60,009 nucleotides of DNA from an uncultured Oscillospiraceae bacterium (GCA_904420145.1 CAJFUI010000027.1:1-60009), one strand, 5' to 3'; shown: positions 1 to 9,430, numbered from the stretch's first letter. Translations and numbers: made by a program. The notes: generated from the sequence alone by a model not told the origin.

Positions 1-144
1 CGCAAGAAAGGCGATCACGTTGCGGAGGGCGTTGAAGGTCAGAGGTCCCAGGTGCCCGGAGGCCACACTCTGGGCGGAAAACGCCGTCCCCCAGATAAGG
101 GCGGCCAACAGCGGAAAAACAGTCTGGCGAATTCTGCGGTTCAT
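1..144 (-). CDS. EamA/DMT-family transporter; only the N-terminal 48 codons are present because the gene runs off the left edge
   Basis: ATG at 144-142 with AAGGAG (rc of 155-160) 10 nt upstream. Translation MNRRIRQTVFPLLAALIWGTAFSAQSVASGHLGPLTFNALRNVIAFLA looks like an EamA first TM helix. Absent from the ORF track because it is truncated. Confidence 0.45.
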   Translation of the reverse strand, partial: MNRRIRQTVFPLLAALIWGTAFSAQSVASGHLGPLTFNALRNVIAFLA

Positions 145-185
145 AAACAAAGTACTCCTTAAAGCGCTCCCTGTCATGAAAGGAA

Positions 186-1256
186 TTATCGGTATACCCG
201 CTGGACGTACCGGCTGGTAAATCCCCGGAGCAGCGCGGAATAGTTCAGCCGGAAGGGGAGGATCTCCCCCACCTCCACACTGGCCCGGCAGTCTGTTACA
301 TCCAAAAGCAGATAGTCGGAGCTGGAGCCGATTACACTGATCCCCTCCCGCAGGGAGACAATGCCGCTGCAGTCCATATCCTGCCGGCCGATAGCGGTGA
401 GGGCCCGGCGGCGCGGGCCGATGTCCACATAGCTGCCCCGTTCACCGAAGGCATTAAAGCCGATCTCCCCGATAGGGCAGGAGGGCTTGGTCTGCAGCTC
501 CACCACCTCCACTTCCAACGTGACCACATCCTGAAAAAGGCCAGGGATCTCCTGTCCGTAGGCGGTCTCCCGTCCCAGCAGCATCGCCTCGCCCAGCCGC
601 AGGTTGTTGATGCCCCCCGGCATCTTCCCGCTGAGCAGCAGGGCGATGGAGCTGGAGTTTCCCCCGGAGACAAAGGGGAGCGCGCGGCCTATGTGCCCCT
701 CAATCTCCCCGGTGATGCAAAGGAACGTGGAGAGGTTAGCCACTGTGGGCAACACAGAGCCATAGCAGGTCAGGTTGAAGGCGGTACCGAACAACTCCAA
801 TCCGGTGCTGCTCTCCACCAAATCTACCATCTTCATGATCTGCTCTGTATTTTCAAAGAAAATCCCCTCCCGCAGATCGCCCAAATCGATCATCAGGACC
901 ACCTTGTGGATCTTTCCGAGCCTTTGGGCAGCGGCGTCCATGGCCCGGAGGGTCTTTTCCTCAGAGTGGAAGCTGATCTCCGCATGCCGCACCACCTCCT
1001 CTACCTGTGAGAGCATAGGCAGGCGCAGCAGGATACGCTCCTTCCCCAAATCGCCAAAGCGCCGCAGATTCTCTATACGGGAGTCGGCCATATAGCGGCA
1101 GGGGGCCTCCATGATGGTGCGGACCATCTCCTCGTCGGCGGAGAAGGCCTTTGTCACAAAGGCCATATCCGTGACGCCGTGCTCCATAGCCATTCGGCAG
1201 AGGGCCTCGGCATTGTGCCGCAGTTTCTTCCGGTCAATCACAAGTTGGGGATACAT
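186..1256 (-). CDS. orr: Ornithine racemase (PLP-dependent, alanine-racemase fold)
   Basis: ORF 186..1352 trimmed to the internal ATG at 1256 (MYPQLVIDRKKLRHNAEAL...), which removes the overlap with the upstream gene. It has alanine-racemase-like N-terminal barrel sequence (AFVTKAF with the PLP lysine context) and sits last in the ornithine-degradation operon. Confidence 0.8.
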   Translation of the reverse strand: MYPQLVIDRKKLRHNAEALCRMAMEHGVTDMAFVTKAFSADEEMVRTIMEAPCRYMADSRIENLRRFGDLGKERILLRLPMLSQVEEVVRHAEISFHSEEKTLRAMDAAAQRLGKIHKVVLMIDLGDLREGIFFENTEQIMKMVDLVESSTGLELFGTAFNLTCYGSVLPTVANLSTFLCITGEIEGHIGRALPFVSGGNSSSIALLLSGKMPGGINNLRLGEAMLLGRETAYGQEIPGLFQDVVTLEVEVVELQTKPSCPIGEIGFNAFGERGSYVDIGPRRRALTAIGRQDMDCSGIVSLREGISVIGSSSDYLLLDVTDCRASVEVGEILPFRLNYSALLRGFTSRYVQRVYR

Positions 1257-1261
1257 AGCAC

Positions 1262-2626
1262 TCACCTCAGAGAGAGATTTTGTTGCAGCAGCAGGCGGGC
1301 CGCCTCGGGAAAGGTCTGGCTGAGCACACCCAGGGACGCCATACAGTACCACCTATCCTCCAGCAGCGCAATCGCCTCCGCCTTCGGGTAGAGCAGCTTG
1401 TGTCCCTCGTTGATCCGCCGCAGGCGTTCCATCACCTGCCGGCGGCCCGGCAGGCGGGTCAGGGCACCGCCGGTGGCTACCAGATAGCGGATCTTGGTCA
1501 GATCCTTGCCGTCGGCATAGGCCATACGGCCGTTGGTGCCGTAGGTGTAGCGGAGCTTGCCGCAGTGCCGTTCCAAGGCCGTGGAGGCGGCGTACCAGGT
1601 CAGAAGCTCTGTCAGCCTTCGCTGGTCCTCGGTCTCCGGAATCGGCCGGTAGTCCTCAAACAGGGGGGCAGCCTCCATCCCCAGCTCCTTGGACAGCTTC
1701 TCCATGCCGATCTGCTCGGCCATGCTGCGGGCATTGACATAGACGCCTAAGTCCCCCTCCACCGTGCGCTTTGCCGCCGGCTCCGGCGCGATCTGAATCA
1801 TGGCGATCTCCTCGCTGCCCTCGGTGACAGAGTGGACGTCCGTGGTAGCGCCGCCCACATCCAGCACCACAAGGTCACCGATCTCCCCATAGAGCAACTT
1901 GGCGCACTCCATCACGGCGCCGGGGGTAGGCAGAATCGTCCCCGTCACCAGGTTGCGGACATCCTGCATCCCGGGGGCCTTGGTAATGTGCTCCTCAAAC
2001 ACCTGATGGATAATTTTGCGGGTGGGCTCGATATTCAGCTCATCCAGCCGGGGGTAGACATTCTCCGTGAGATAGAGCGGGGCCCTCGCCCCCTCGAAAA
2101 TTTTGCGGATCTGGGCCTGGTTCTGCCGGTTGCCCGCGTAAATCACCGGGACGTTCATCTCCAGCCCCCGCAGCAGCTTGGCGTTCTCCAAGGCCGTCTT
2201 CCGCTCGCCGAAGTCCGTCCCGCCCGCCAGCAGAATGACATTGGGGTGGATGGCCCGGATGTCCTCTAAATCCTCCTCCTGCAAAATGCCGGCGGTGGCC
2301 AAGTGGAGGTTGGCGCCGGCGCCCAAAGCCGCCTCCCGGGCGGCCTTCACCGTCATGTCGTAGACCAAGCCGTGGACGGTCATGCGAAGGCCCCCCGCCG
2401 CGCTGGAGGTGGCCAGCATCACCTCATAGGTAAGCTCCTCCGCCCCCAGCCTCTTTCGAAGGTCCTCCACCGCCCCCTGCAGACCAATGCGGACATCCCC
2501 CTCCAAAACCGAGGTAGGCGCCTGCCCCTGCCCGCAGAACACCGGCTCCTGGCTGTCAAGGCGGTCAAAAGCGTTGACCACCGTAGTGGTAGAACCGATC
2601 TCCGCTACCAGTGCGTCCACTTTCAT
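1262..2626 (-). CDS. MutL/GlmL-family protein (glutamate-mutase-L-like), putative aminomutase reactivase/chaperone
   Basis: 454 aa beginning MKVDALVAEIGSTTTVVNAF..., with ASKHA-like ATPase motifs (DVGGATTD). It lies between oraE and orr, as in described ornithine clusters. Confidence 0.7.
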   Translation of the reverse strand: MKVDALVAEIGSTTTVVNAFDRLDSQEPVFCGQGQAPTSVLEGDVRIGLQGAVEDLRKRLGAEELTYEVMLATSSAAGGLRMTVHGLVYDMTVKAAREAALGAGANLHLATAGILQEEDLEDIRAIHPNVILLAGGTDFGERKTALENAKLLRGLEMNVPVIYAGNRQNQAQIRKIFEGARAPLYLTENVYPRLDELNIEPTRKIIHQVFEEHITKAPGMQDVRNLVTGTILPTPGAVMECAKLLYGEIGDLVVLDVGGATTDVHSVTEGSEEIAMIQIAPEPAAKRTVEGDLGVYVNARSMAEQIGMEKLSKELGMEAAPLFEDYRPIPETEDQRRLTELLTWYAASTALERHCGKLRYTYGTNGRMAYADGKDLTKIRYLVATGGALTRLPGRRQVMERLRRINEGHKLLYPKAEAIALLEDRWYCMASLGVLSQTFPEAARLLLQQNLSLR

Positions 2627-2691
2627 CCCGCTCCCTCCTCTCCTGTCATGGGTGGCCGGCCCGTCCGCTGGCGGACGGGCCGGTCAAAGGC

Positions 2692-4932
2692 TTATCGGGG
2701 CCACTTCCCCGCCGCCTCCAGCTCCCGGCGCCGCCGGACTAAGAAGGTAGCGTCGTGAACGCCCTTTGTGCCCCGGCCAAAGCCCGCGTCGGCGCCGTTC
2801 TGCACCGCCAGCTCCGGGGTAACCTGGGTGCCGCCGGCGATGAAGATCAGCTTGTCGCGCACACCCATCTCCCGGGCCAGCTGGTCGATCTTGGCGATGT
2901 TCTTGTAGTGGATTTCGTCATGGCTGATAATGGTGGAGGCCAAAATCGCGTCGGCGTCCACCTCCACAGCGGCGGCCACCAATTTCTCCACCGGCACGGA
3001 GGTACCCAAATAGTGGACCTTGATGCCGTATTTCTCAATGCCGCCGTGCTTGATGTCGATGATCTCCCGGAGGCCCACCGAGTGCTCGTCGTCGCCCACC
3101 GTGCCGCAGACCACCACCATGGGCTTGCGCTCGATATCCGCCCGGATCTCCTCATCGGTCATAATATCGGGCTCCTCTGGGATCTCCAGCTCGTTGAGAT
3201 CGATGTCCTCCAAGAACTTACCACGAACCTCTACGCGGGTGCCCTCGGAGCGGTGCATGATCTCCCGGCTGATGACCTCCGCGTCAACCAGCCCCATCCG
3301 CCGGGCCACCTCCAGGGCGGCGGCCTCGGCCACCTGCTTGGAGAGGGGGAAGAACATGGTCAGCATCACCGTGCCGTCGGCCAGCCACTCCATCTCCGGC
3401 CGGACCGTGTGGCAGTCCTTGCCCCAGTACTTAGCCGTCTCGGCCATGCGGACATTGACGTTGTCCTCCTCGTCCAACTCGTCGATGTAGACAATCTTCT
3501 CCGGGCACTCCAGCGTGCACCCGCCGATGAGCTTAGCCGGGTCGTCCACGGCGCTCTCGTCGTACTGAGCCACATTGTTATAGCCGTAGTGGGCGGTAAC
3601 AGGGGCCATGTAGTCCGCCTTGCGGGCAAAGACGGTCCCCGCTCCCACGCCGCCGTTGATCTCCCGGCGGATTCCGTCGCCGCAGCGCTCGGGATAGAAG
3701 CCGGAATCCACGAAGAAGCCCAGCTCCACAGCGTTGAAGTAGCCGCCCACGTCCAAAATTTCCTCAAGGAACAAAATGGCCCGCTCCTTCAGCTCCCGGA
3801 CCTTCTCCGGCAGGGGACCGTCCTTCTTCAGCTCCACCATGTCCATCAGCCCGTCTAAGCCCAGCAGGGTCTGCTTGGCGGTGTCGCAGGCCTCCACATT
3901 GTAGATGTGCCAGGGGACGTTGCGCCCCTCGTCGGGGGTGATGGTGGACTGGATATCCGCGCTGGTCAGCTTAGAGATGAGCATGTTGAGCACGTGGGTC
4001 ACCGTGGCGTCCCGGGTGGAGGACTCCACGTATTTGGTGTTCATCTGGGCCCGCATGCGGTACTCGCTGAAGAGATCCCGCAGGGCCACGGCGTAGGGCA
4101 GGTCCATGTACACGCAGGGGGCCGGTGTGGCCGAGGGCGGCACCGTGGACAGACAGATTTTCTTCTTCTCAATCCCCACGCTGGCGGAGAAGGCCGCGTT
4201 GATGGCGTGCTGCACCATCAGCTCCGGCATCACCTTCCACGCTTCCCGGGCGGTGGCGTTGGCGTTGTGGGCGCCGTCGATCTGCACCATGCCGCTCCAC
4301 GCCAGCAGCTTCTTGGACTCGCAGGCGTCCACAAAGGAGCGGACCATGTTGATATTGCGGTAGATGATGTTGTACTGGGGATCCTGGTGGGCGCCGTTGA
4401 CCCCCTCCTCCACGAACATAACCGCCACCTCCGGTCCCGCCACGCCGGAGACATAGGAGTGGTAGTTGATGGGGCGCCCCACCTCGTCCTCGATCATGTC
4501 CAGCGCCTTGCGCTGGGCCCGGACCTGCTTGCGGGTGATGGGCACGCCGCCGATGCCCTGGGGCGTCCCCTCGATCAGCCCGTCAAAGTGGGACTGCCCC
4601 GCCGTGCGGATGACCATGATGTGGTCGGCCCCGTGGTGGGCCACCATGCGCATGCGGCGGATATCGTCCTCAAAGCGCCCGGAGGCGATCTCTGTGGTGA
4701 TGGTGGGCATGGGCTGGGGATCGATGTTGCCGAAGTAGTGGGCCGTCATCAGCCCCACGCTCTCCCCGGCCATGGGCTCGGAGAGCTCCCGGTATTGGAA
4801 GGGACCGGCGGTCTGGTCCTCCGCCTTTTTCCGCCACTCCCAGCCCCGCCGCCGGGGGCGGTACTGGTCTAAGTCCTTCAAAATCTCCTCGATGTCAATG
4901 CGCTCATCCATCTGCAGCTTATACTCGCTCAT
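2692..4932 (-). CDS. oraE: D-ornithine 4,5-aminomutase, large (E/beta) subunit; AdoCbl- and PLP-dependent
   Basis: ORF 2692..4950. The preferred start is ATG 4932, preceded by GGGAGGGG with a 6-nt spacer, and it overlaps the oraS stop. The C-terminus has a B12-binding Rossmann domain with the DxHxxG context (GDDEHSVGLREI). Confidence 0.9.
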   Translation of the reverse strand: MSEYKLQMDERIDIEEILKDLDQYRPRRRGWEWRKKAEDQTAGPFQYRELSEPMAGESVGLMTAHYFGNIDPQPMPTITTEIASGRFEDDIRRMRMVAHHGADHIMVIRTAGQSHFDGLIEGTPQGIGGVPITRKQVRAQRKALDMIEDEVGRPINYHSYVSGVAGPEVAVMFVEEGVNGAHQDPQYNIIYRNINMVRSFVDACESKKLLAWSGMVQIDGAHNANATAREAWKVMPELMVQHAINAAFSASVGIEKKKICLSTVPPSATPAPCVYMDLPYAVALRDLFSEYRMRAQMNTKYVESSTRDATVTHVLNMLISKLTSADIQSTITPDEGRNVPWHIYNVEACDTAKQTLLGLDGLMDMVELKKDGPLPEKVRELKERAILFLEEILDVGGYFNAVELGFFVDSGFYPERCGDGIRREINGGVGAGTVFARKADYMAPVTAHYGYNNVAQYDESAVDDPAKLIGGCTLECPEKIVYIDELDEEDNVNVRMAETAKYWGKDCHTVRPEMEWLADGTVMLTMFFPLSKQVAEAAALEVARRMGLVDAEVISREIMHRSEGTRVEVRGKFLEDIDLNELEIPEEPDIMTDEEIRADIERKPMVVVCGTVGDDEHSVGLREIIDIKHGGIEKYGIKVHYLGTSVPVEKLVAAAVEVDADAILASTIISHDEIHYKNIAKIDQLAREMGVRDKLIFIAGGTQVTPELAVQNGADAGFGRGTKGVHDATFLVRRRRELEAAGKWPR

Positions 4933-5296
4933 CCGCTTCCCCTCCCGCAAACAGCTCAGCCGCCCTCTCCCAATCCTGTCCCTGGCTCAGCCGTACGCCG
5001 GCTTCGCGGATGGAGAGGTTCTCCGCCTTAGCCAAGCGATAGACGATATTGCCCACGCCGTGTCCAATGAGATCGTTGGCGATGGCGTAGTCCACCATGG
5101 GCTTGGCCTCCAAGGAGGAGAAGCCCATGCGCAGCAGTACGGAGCGCTCGATGGACGGCGTGGTATGGGTCCGTCCGTACTCCAGCAGGGGATCCACCAC
5201 CTGCTGGGCAAGCTGCCAGAAATACGCCTTCAGCTCGTCATCGTTCATGGCGCTCAGATCCCGATGGTACATCTCAAAATCGTCCTTTCTTATCAT
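4919..5296 (-). CDS. oraS: D-ornithine 4,5-aminomutase, small (S/alpha) subunit
   Basis: ORF 4919..5311 trimmed to ATG 5296 (MIRKDDFEMYHRDLSAMNDDELKAYFWQL...). About 125 aa, immediately upstream of and overlapping oraE. Confidence 0.85.
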   Translation of the reverse strand: MIRKDDFEMYHRDLSAMNDDELKAYFWQLAQQVVDPLLEYGRTHTTPSIERSVLLRMGFSSLEAKPMVDYAIANDLIGHGVGNIVYRLAKAENLSIREAGVRLSQGQDWERAAELFAGGEADERV

Positions 5297-5328
5297 ATTT
5301 TTACCTCGCAAGCTCCACGGTCTCCGGC

Positions 5329-6735
5329 TCAGCCGCCAAGTTTTTCCAGCACCATCCGCACAAACTCCGGGGAGGACTTGGTCTCCTCCGCCAAGTAGGC
5401 GATCTCCGCGTCCGTCAGCGGAGCGGCGGCGTGGGCGGCCTGGCGGCGGATCAGGGAGGCGCGCATATGGTTCAGATCCGCGTCCCTGGCCCGCAGCAGG
5501 GCGGGCTCCGCCGGAAAGACGATGTTGGTGCCGGGAATCTCCGTCTGGGGATCCCCAAAGAGCAGCTCAATGCCATTCTGCCGAGCAAAGGACAGCTGAG
5601 GCTGGATATGCTTGCCGGCTCCGGTGTACTCCGTCTCCTGGGCCACAATGATCTGATCCTGATCCAGCTCCTGGGCCAGCGAGAAGGCCGCGGCGAGACT
5701 GGTGTTGCCGGCGGGCCCCTTCTCCATGCCCTCCAAGACGGCCAGCGCCTCGGTGATGTAGAATACCTCCCCCTGCTTGACGGTCACGTAGCGGTCCATG
5801 TAGCGCAGGGGCCGGGCGGCGCTGCGGGGCACGTCACTGTGGTCGGGATCCGTGGCATAGGGTACGCCGAAGCCCGTGTGGGCGGTGGTAAAGCTCTTGC
5901 GGTTGAACTGTTTATCGGAGGCCATGGAGAGGCCCTTCAGGTCCACAGAGGCGGCCACCACCTGGGCGCCGCAGCCGGCCTTGCGCAGGCCCCGGGCGGT
6001 GCCGGTGAGGTTGCCACCGCCGGCGTTGGCGCACACCACCACGTCGGGGTGGCGGCCGCAGCGCTCCATAAACTGGTGGCCCAGCTCCCAGCCGAGGGTC
6101 TCCACCCCGCCCACACCGAAGGCGGAGTACAGGGAGGCGTTGAAGTAGCCGGTGTCCTCCAGCATCATCAGCACCTCATAGAACAGCTCGGGTCCCACGC
6201 TCAGCTGCAGCACCTCCGCGCCGAGAGCCTCACACTTGCGGGCCTTCTCGATGATCTCAGGCTGACCGCTGGCCTTGGAGTCGTAGCACTCCTGCACAAT
6301 GATGCACTTGAGCCCCTGCATAGCCGCCTGGGAGGCCACTGCGGCGCCGTAGTTGCCGCTGGTGGCGGCGATGACGCCCTTGTAGCCCATCTTCTTGGCG
6401 TGGTAGACCGAGGCGGCGGCCCGCCGCTCCTTAAAGCTGCCAGCCGGATTGGAGGCCTCGTCCTTGACGAAGATCCGGGCGCCCTTGCCGGGGGCGGCGC
6501 ACTTGCGTGCCAAGGCAGTCAGGTTGTGGAGCTCAAAGATGGGAGTATTCCCCACGTTGTACTGCCGCTGGATGCGGATGTGGTCCTCCAAGGTATACCC
6601 CGGACCGTTCATCAGCGCCTCGTAGTCAAACAGGATGCCGCCCCGCTCATATTGGCTGTAATCCACGCCCATAGCCTGATGGATAATCTCACCTTTGCGG
6701 CCTGTCACCGCCTGATAGCTTCTATCCACGATCAT
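5329..6735 (-). CDS. ortB: 2-amino-4-ketopentanoate thiolase, beta subunit (PLP, Trp-synthase-beta fold)
   Basis: 468 aa with the PLP lysine motif SFKERRA and glycine loops (SGNYGAA). It overlaps the ortA stop by 4 nt; SD is GGAGGTGA. Confidence 0.85.
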   Translation of the reverse strand: MIVDRSYQAVTGRKGEIIHQAMGVDYSQYERGGILFDYEALMNGPGYTLEDHIRIQRQYNVGNTPIFELHNLTALARKCAAPGKGARIFVKDEASNPAGSFKERRAAASVYHAKKMGYKGVIAATSGNYGAAVASQAAMQGLKCIIVQECYDSKASGQPEIIEKARKCEALGAEVLQLSVGPELFYEVLMMLEDTGYFNASLYSAFGVGGVETLGWELGHQFMERCGRHPDVVVCANAGGGNLTGTARGLRKAGCGAQVVAASVDLKGLSMASDKQFNRKSFTTAHTGFGVPYATDPDHSDVPRSAARPLRYMDRYVTVKQGEVFYITEALAVLEGMEKGPAGNTSLAAAFSLAQELDQDQIIVAQETEYTGAGKHIQPQLSFARQNGIELLFGDPQTEIPGTNIVFPAEPALLRARDADLNHMRASLIRRQAAHAAAPLTDAEIAYLAEETKSSPEFVRMVLEKLGG

Positions 6736-7037
6736 GCCTCGTCACCTCCAAACAGGGCGCTGCGCAGGGACTCCTCCATCGTGAGAAGCTCCGGCACAAA
6801 CACGCCGTAATTCAGCTCATAGCAGGGGTTGACCTCGATCAGCCGGCCGTGCTCAATGCGGCCCACGCAGGTCTTGACGGTCACCTCATCGCCGATCTCC
6901 GCCTGCTCCTCCTGCAGCCGTCCCTTCACCCACATCTCCAGCGGGACCTTTTTGGTGTCCTCGGGCAGCTTGCCCGTGCGCTCCTCCGGCTCCAGCACAT
7001 TGCGGTGGATGCGCACCCAGTCATTTCGCTTCGCCAT
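6732..7037 (-). CDS. ortA: 2-amino-4-ketopentanoate thiolase, alpha subunit
   Basis: ORF 6732..7055 trimmed to ATG 7037 (MAKRNDWVRIHRNVLEPEERTGKLPEDTKKVPLEMWVKG...). About 100 aa, translationally coupled to ortB. Confidence 0.8.
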   Translation of the reverse strand: MAKRNDWVRIHRNVLEPEERTGKLPEDTKKVPLEMWVKGRLQEEQAEIGDEVTVKTCVGRIEHGRLIEVNPCYELNYGVFVPELLTMEESLRSALFGGDEA

Positions 7038-7130
7038 GGTAGAAACCTCCCTCACCGATCCATATTGATAGGGGCAGGGGCTTGGCGGAAACCTGCCCTG
7101 GTTGTGCCGCCAAACCCCATGCCTGCTGTG

Positions 7131-8198
7131 TTACTTGACAATCTTTTTATCCGGGCGGATGCGCTTGCGCATATCCCCCATGATCGCCCGGGGCACCGGC
7201 AGCGTCAGCATGGTATGCAGGCCCGGCTCTGCGTTAATCACTTGGGGGATCATGTTCACGCACATGGCAATCGTCCCGATGCCGCCGTTGATCTCGGGGG
7301 AGTTGACCATGTTGACTGCGGGGGTGCCGTCGATGATGACGTAATCCCCTGTCTGTACGCCCACCTGCTCGGGCTCAATCTGCTGGGGGTGATCCATCTC
7401 GATCACGCACTTCCCGTCCTTGTAGCCCCACGCCTTCATGGCTACCCCGGCCACGCTGCCGGCGGCGGCAAAGCCGTGGGGACTCCTGCGGTCCACGTCC
7501 GTCACAATGGGCTCCATATCCTGCTTAAAGCCGTCCAGCTCCCAGCCGATCCCGTCAGCAATCATGCCGACGCTCTCGGCAAAGCCCACATGGCCGGAGA
7601 GGTGGCGCTCCCCTTTGCCCTCCTTGCGGCGGTAAAACTCCTCCTTGGAGATGCCGATGCCCTGCTCCTCCATAACCACGGGGCCGAAGGGGGAGAGGCT
7701 GTTGACTCGGCGGGAGACGATATGGTCCACGCTCTCCATGCAGCCGGTCCACAGCAGCACCAGCAGGTCCATAATAAGCCCCGGGTTGATGCCGGTGCCT
7801 AAGATAGAGACGCCATTGGCCTTAGCGATGGCGTCCAGCTCCTCCGCCAGCTCCGGGTTCTGGGCCTGGGGATAGGCCATCTCCTCGGCGGAGGTGATGA
7901 CGTTGATGCCCTGCTCGAGGATGAACTTCATGCGGGGGAAGGCCTCCTTGGTAAAGGAGTCAGTGCACAGCAGCACCACGTCTGCGGCGCCGGGCCGGAT
8001 CACGTCCTCCGCCGCTTGGATGATCACATCGGGCCGGTCTCCCCGCTCTGTCTTGATGTAGTCGTACATGCTCGTGCCGATCTTCTTGCCCCGGCCGGCT
8101 ACGCCCACGATATCGACGCCCTGCTTCTTCAGCAGCATGTCGGCCATACCGCCGCCCATAGCGCCAAGCCCCCAGATAATGACCTTTACGTTTTCCAT
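7131..8198 (-). CDS. ord: 2,4-diaminopentanoate dehydrogenase (NAD(P)-dependent)
   Basis: ORF 7131..8297 trimmed to ATG 8198 (MENVKVIIWGLGAMGGGMA = Rossmann GxGxxG), preceded by AAAGGGGAG. First gene of the operon. Confidence 0.8.
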   Translation of the reverse strand: MENVKVIIWGLGAMGGGMADMLLKKQGVDIVGVAGRGKKIGTSMYDYIKTERGDRPDVIIQAAEDVIRPGAADVVLLCTDSFTKEAFPRMKFILEQGINVITSAEEMAYPQAQNPELAEELDAIAKANGVSILGTGINPGLIMDLLVLLWTGCMESVDHIVSRRVNSLSPFGPVVMEEQGIGISKEEFYRRKEGKGERHLSGHVGFAESVGMIADGIGWELDGFKQDMEPIVTDVDRRSPHGFAAAGSVAGVAMKAWGYKDGKCVIEMDHPQQIEPEQVGVQTGDYVIIDGTPAVNMVNSPEINGGIGTIAMCVNMIPQVINAEPGLHTMLTLPVPRAIMGDMRKRIRPDKKIVK

Positions 8199-8347
8199 CG
8201 TCTCCCCTTTCTGTCCGCTGCGGACCTCTCCTGTCAGATTTTGTTGCGGCGTACCCCCTCTTTGTTCCAAAAGCAGTGCGCCTTGCCTATGTTCCACAAA
8301 ATTCTCTCCAAAAACGCAAATTTCTTGGTTGAATTTTCCTTTAATTT

Positions 8348-8357
8348 ATTGTACAAT
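8348..8357. promoter_or_regulatory. Perfect 10-bp palindrome ATTGTACAAT in the ord/LysR divergent promoter region (candidate LysR-type T-N11-A core)
   Basis: Read directly. It lies in an AT-rich stretch between ord (start 8198, minus) and the LysR gene (start 8440, plus). Confidence 0.3.
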
Positions 8358-8439
8358 ACAGTAAATTATTACACAAGCGAATATTCATCATATTATGCAT
8401 TCCTAAACAGAATATATATGGTGTAGGGGGAGAAGAGCT

Positions 8440-9336
8440 ATGAGCCTGCAGAAATATGAGGCGCTGCTCAAAACCATAGAGCTGGGCAGCATCAGCAGGG
8501 CCGCAGAGCAGATGGGATACACCCAGTCCGCTGTCAGCCGAATGATCGCCGATTTGGAGAGTGAGTGGGGCATGGAGCTGCTGCGGCGCAGCCGGGCGGG
8601 TATTGTGGTCTGCCCTGCCGGAGAGCGGCTGCTCCCTATCCTCCGGGCCATCTCCGCCGACTGTGCGGAGCTGCGCTATACTGTCAATGAGATGCGCGGC
8701 CTCCACATCGGCCTGATTCGCGTGGGTACCTTTACCAGTGTGGCCGACCAACTGATGCCCCAGATTCTGACCTCCTTTCAAAGTTTGTACCCCGGCATCG
8801 AGTTTGAGCTGATGAACAGTCAGCACTACGCTGAGATCGAGGAGTGGATTATGAGCGGCAAGGTGGACTGCGGCTTTGTCAGCCTGCCTACGGTAAACGA
8901 CCTGAAAACCGTCTTTCTCAAGCAGGACATGCTGGTGGCGGCCCTGCCGCCGGGTCATCCGCTCTCCGGCGAGGAGACCTTCCCCATCGAAAAGCTGGAG
9001 GGGGAGCCCTTTATCCTTCTAAAGGAGCACGAGGACTATGAGATCCGCCGCTTCTTAGACGCTCTGCCCTACCACCCCAAGCTGCGCTTTGAAGTCAGCA
9101 GCGATCACACCATTTTAGCCATGGTAGAAAACGGCCTTGGCATCAGCATTATGCACTCCCTGCTGGCAGACAGCGGCCGCTACCGGGTGGTCTGGAAACA
9201 GTTTGACCGCCCGCAGTACCGCAGCATCGGCATTGCCACAGCTAAAAATGCCAGGATCTCCGGCGTGGCAAAGCTGTTTATTGACCATGTCTGTACCCAG
9301 ATGCTGGAGCAGCAGTCCTCCGCCGCCCCTGTGTAA
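8440..9336 (+). CDS. LysR-family transcriptional regulator
   Basis: N-terminal wHTH (LKTIELGSISRAAEQMGYTQSAVSRMIADLE) plus a LysR substrate-binding domain. Divergent from the ornithine operon. Confidence 0.85.
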   Translation: MSLQKYEALLKTIELGSISRAAEQMGYTQSAVSRMIADLESEWGMELLRRSRAGIVVCPAGERLLPILRAISADCAELRYTVNEMRGLHIGLIRVGTFTSVADQLMPQILTSFQSLYPGIEFELMNSQHYAEIEEWIMSGKVDCGFVSLPTVNDLKTVFLKQDMLVAALPPGHPLSGEETFPIEKLEGEPFILLKEHEDYEIRRFLDALPYHPKLRFEVSSDHTILAMVENGLGISIMHSLLADSGRYRVVWKQFDRPQYRSIGIATAKNARISGVAKLFIDHVCTQMLEQQSSAAPV

Positions 9337-9344
9337 GGCATAAG

Positions 9345-9405
9345 ATATCAAGCGCCCCCTTTGACCAGACAGCAGCTGCTGTCAGCCAAAGGGGGCGCTT
9401 GATAT
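9345..9405. terminator. Compound hairpin between convergent genes (bidirectional terminator candidate)
   Basis: 19-bp perfect arms ATATCAAGCGCCCCCTTTG / CAAAGGGGGCGCTTGATAT enclose a second perfect 16-bp palindrome, GACAGCAGCTGCTGTC. There is no clear U-tract. Confidence 0.5.
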
Positions 9406-9430
9406 GGAGGGGACTGCTACCCGTATATAC

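Noticed and set aside
2755-3858. Long antisense or out-of-frame ORFs inside well-supported genes. Examples are 2755..3858, 3907..4872, 5431..6810, 6849..7802, 12751..13824, 16855..17700, 26755..28119, 47851..49347, 52292..54259 and many shorter ones.
   Set aside because: They lie opposite or out of frame to genes with clear family motifs. Their translations are Arg/Gly/Pro/Ala/His-rich and low in complexity, they lack SD sequences, and this is the expected artefact of GC-rich DNA with few stop codons.
8199-8340. Possible cobalamin riboswitch upstream of the AdoCbl-dependent ornithine aminomutase operon.
   Set aside because: Only short partial resemblances to the B12 box are present and they are in the wrong order. 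The leader is too short and lacks the conserved multi-helix core. An Infernal search is needed for certainty.
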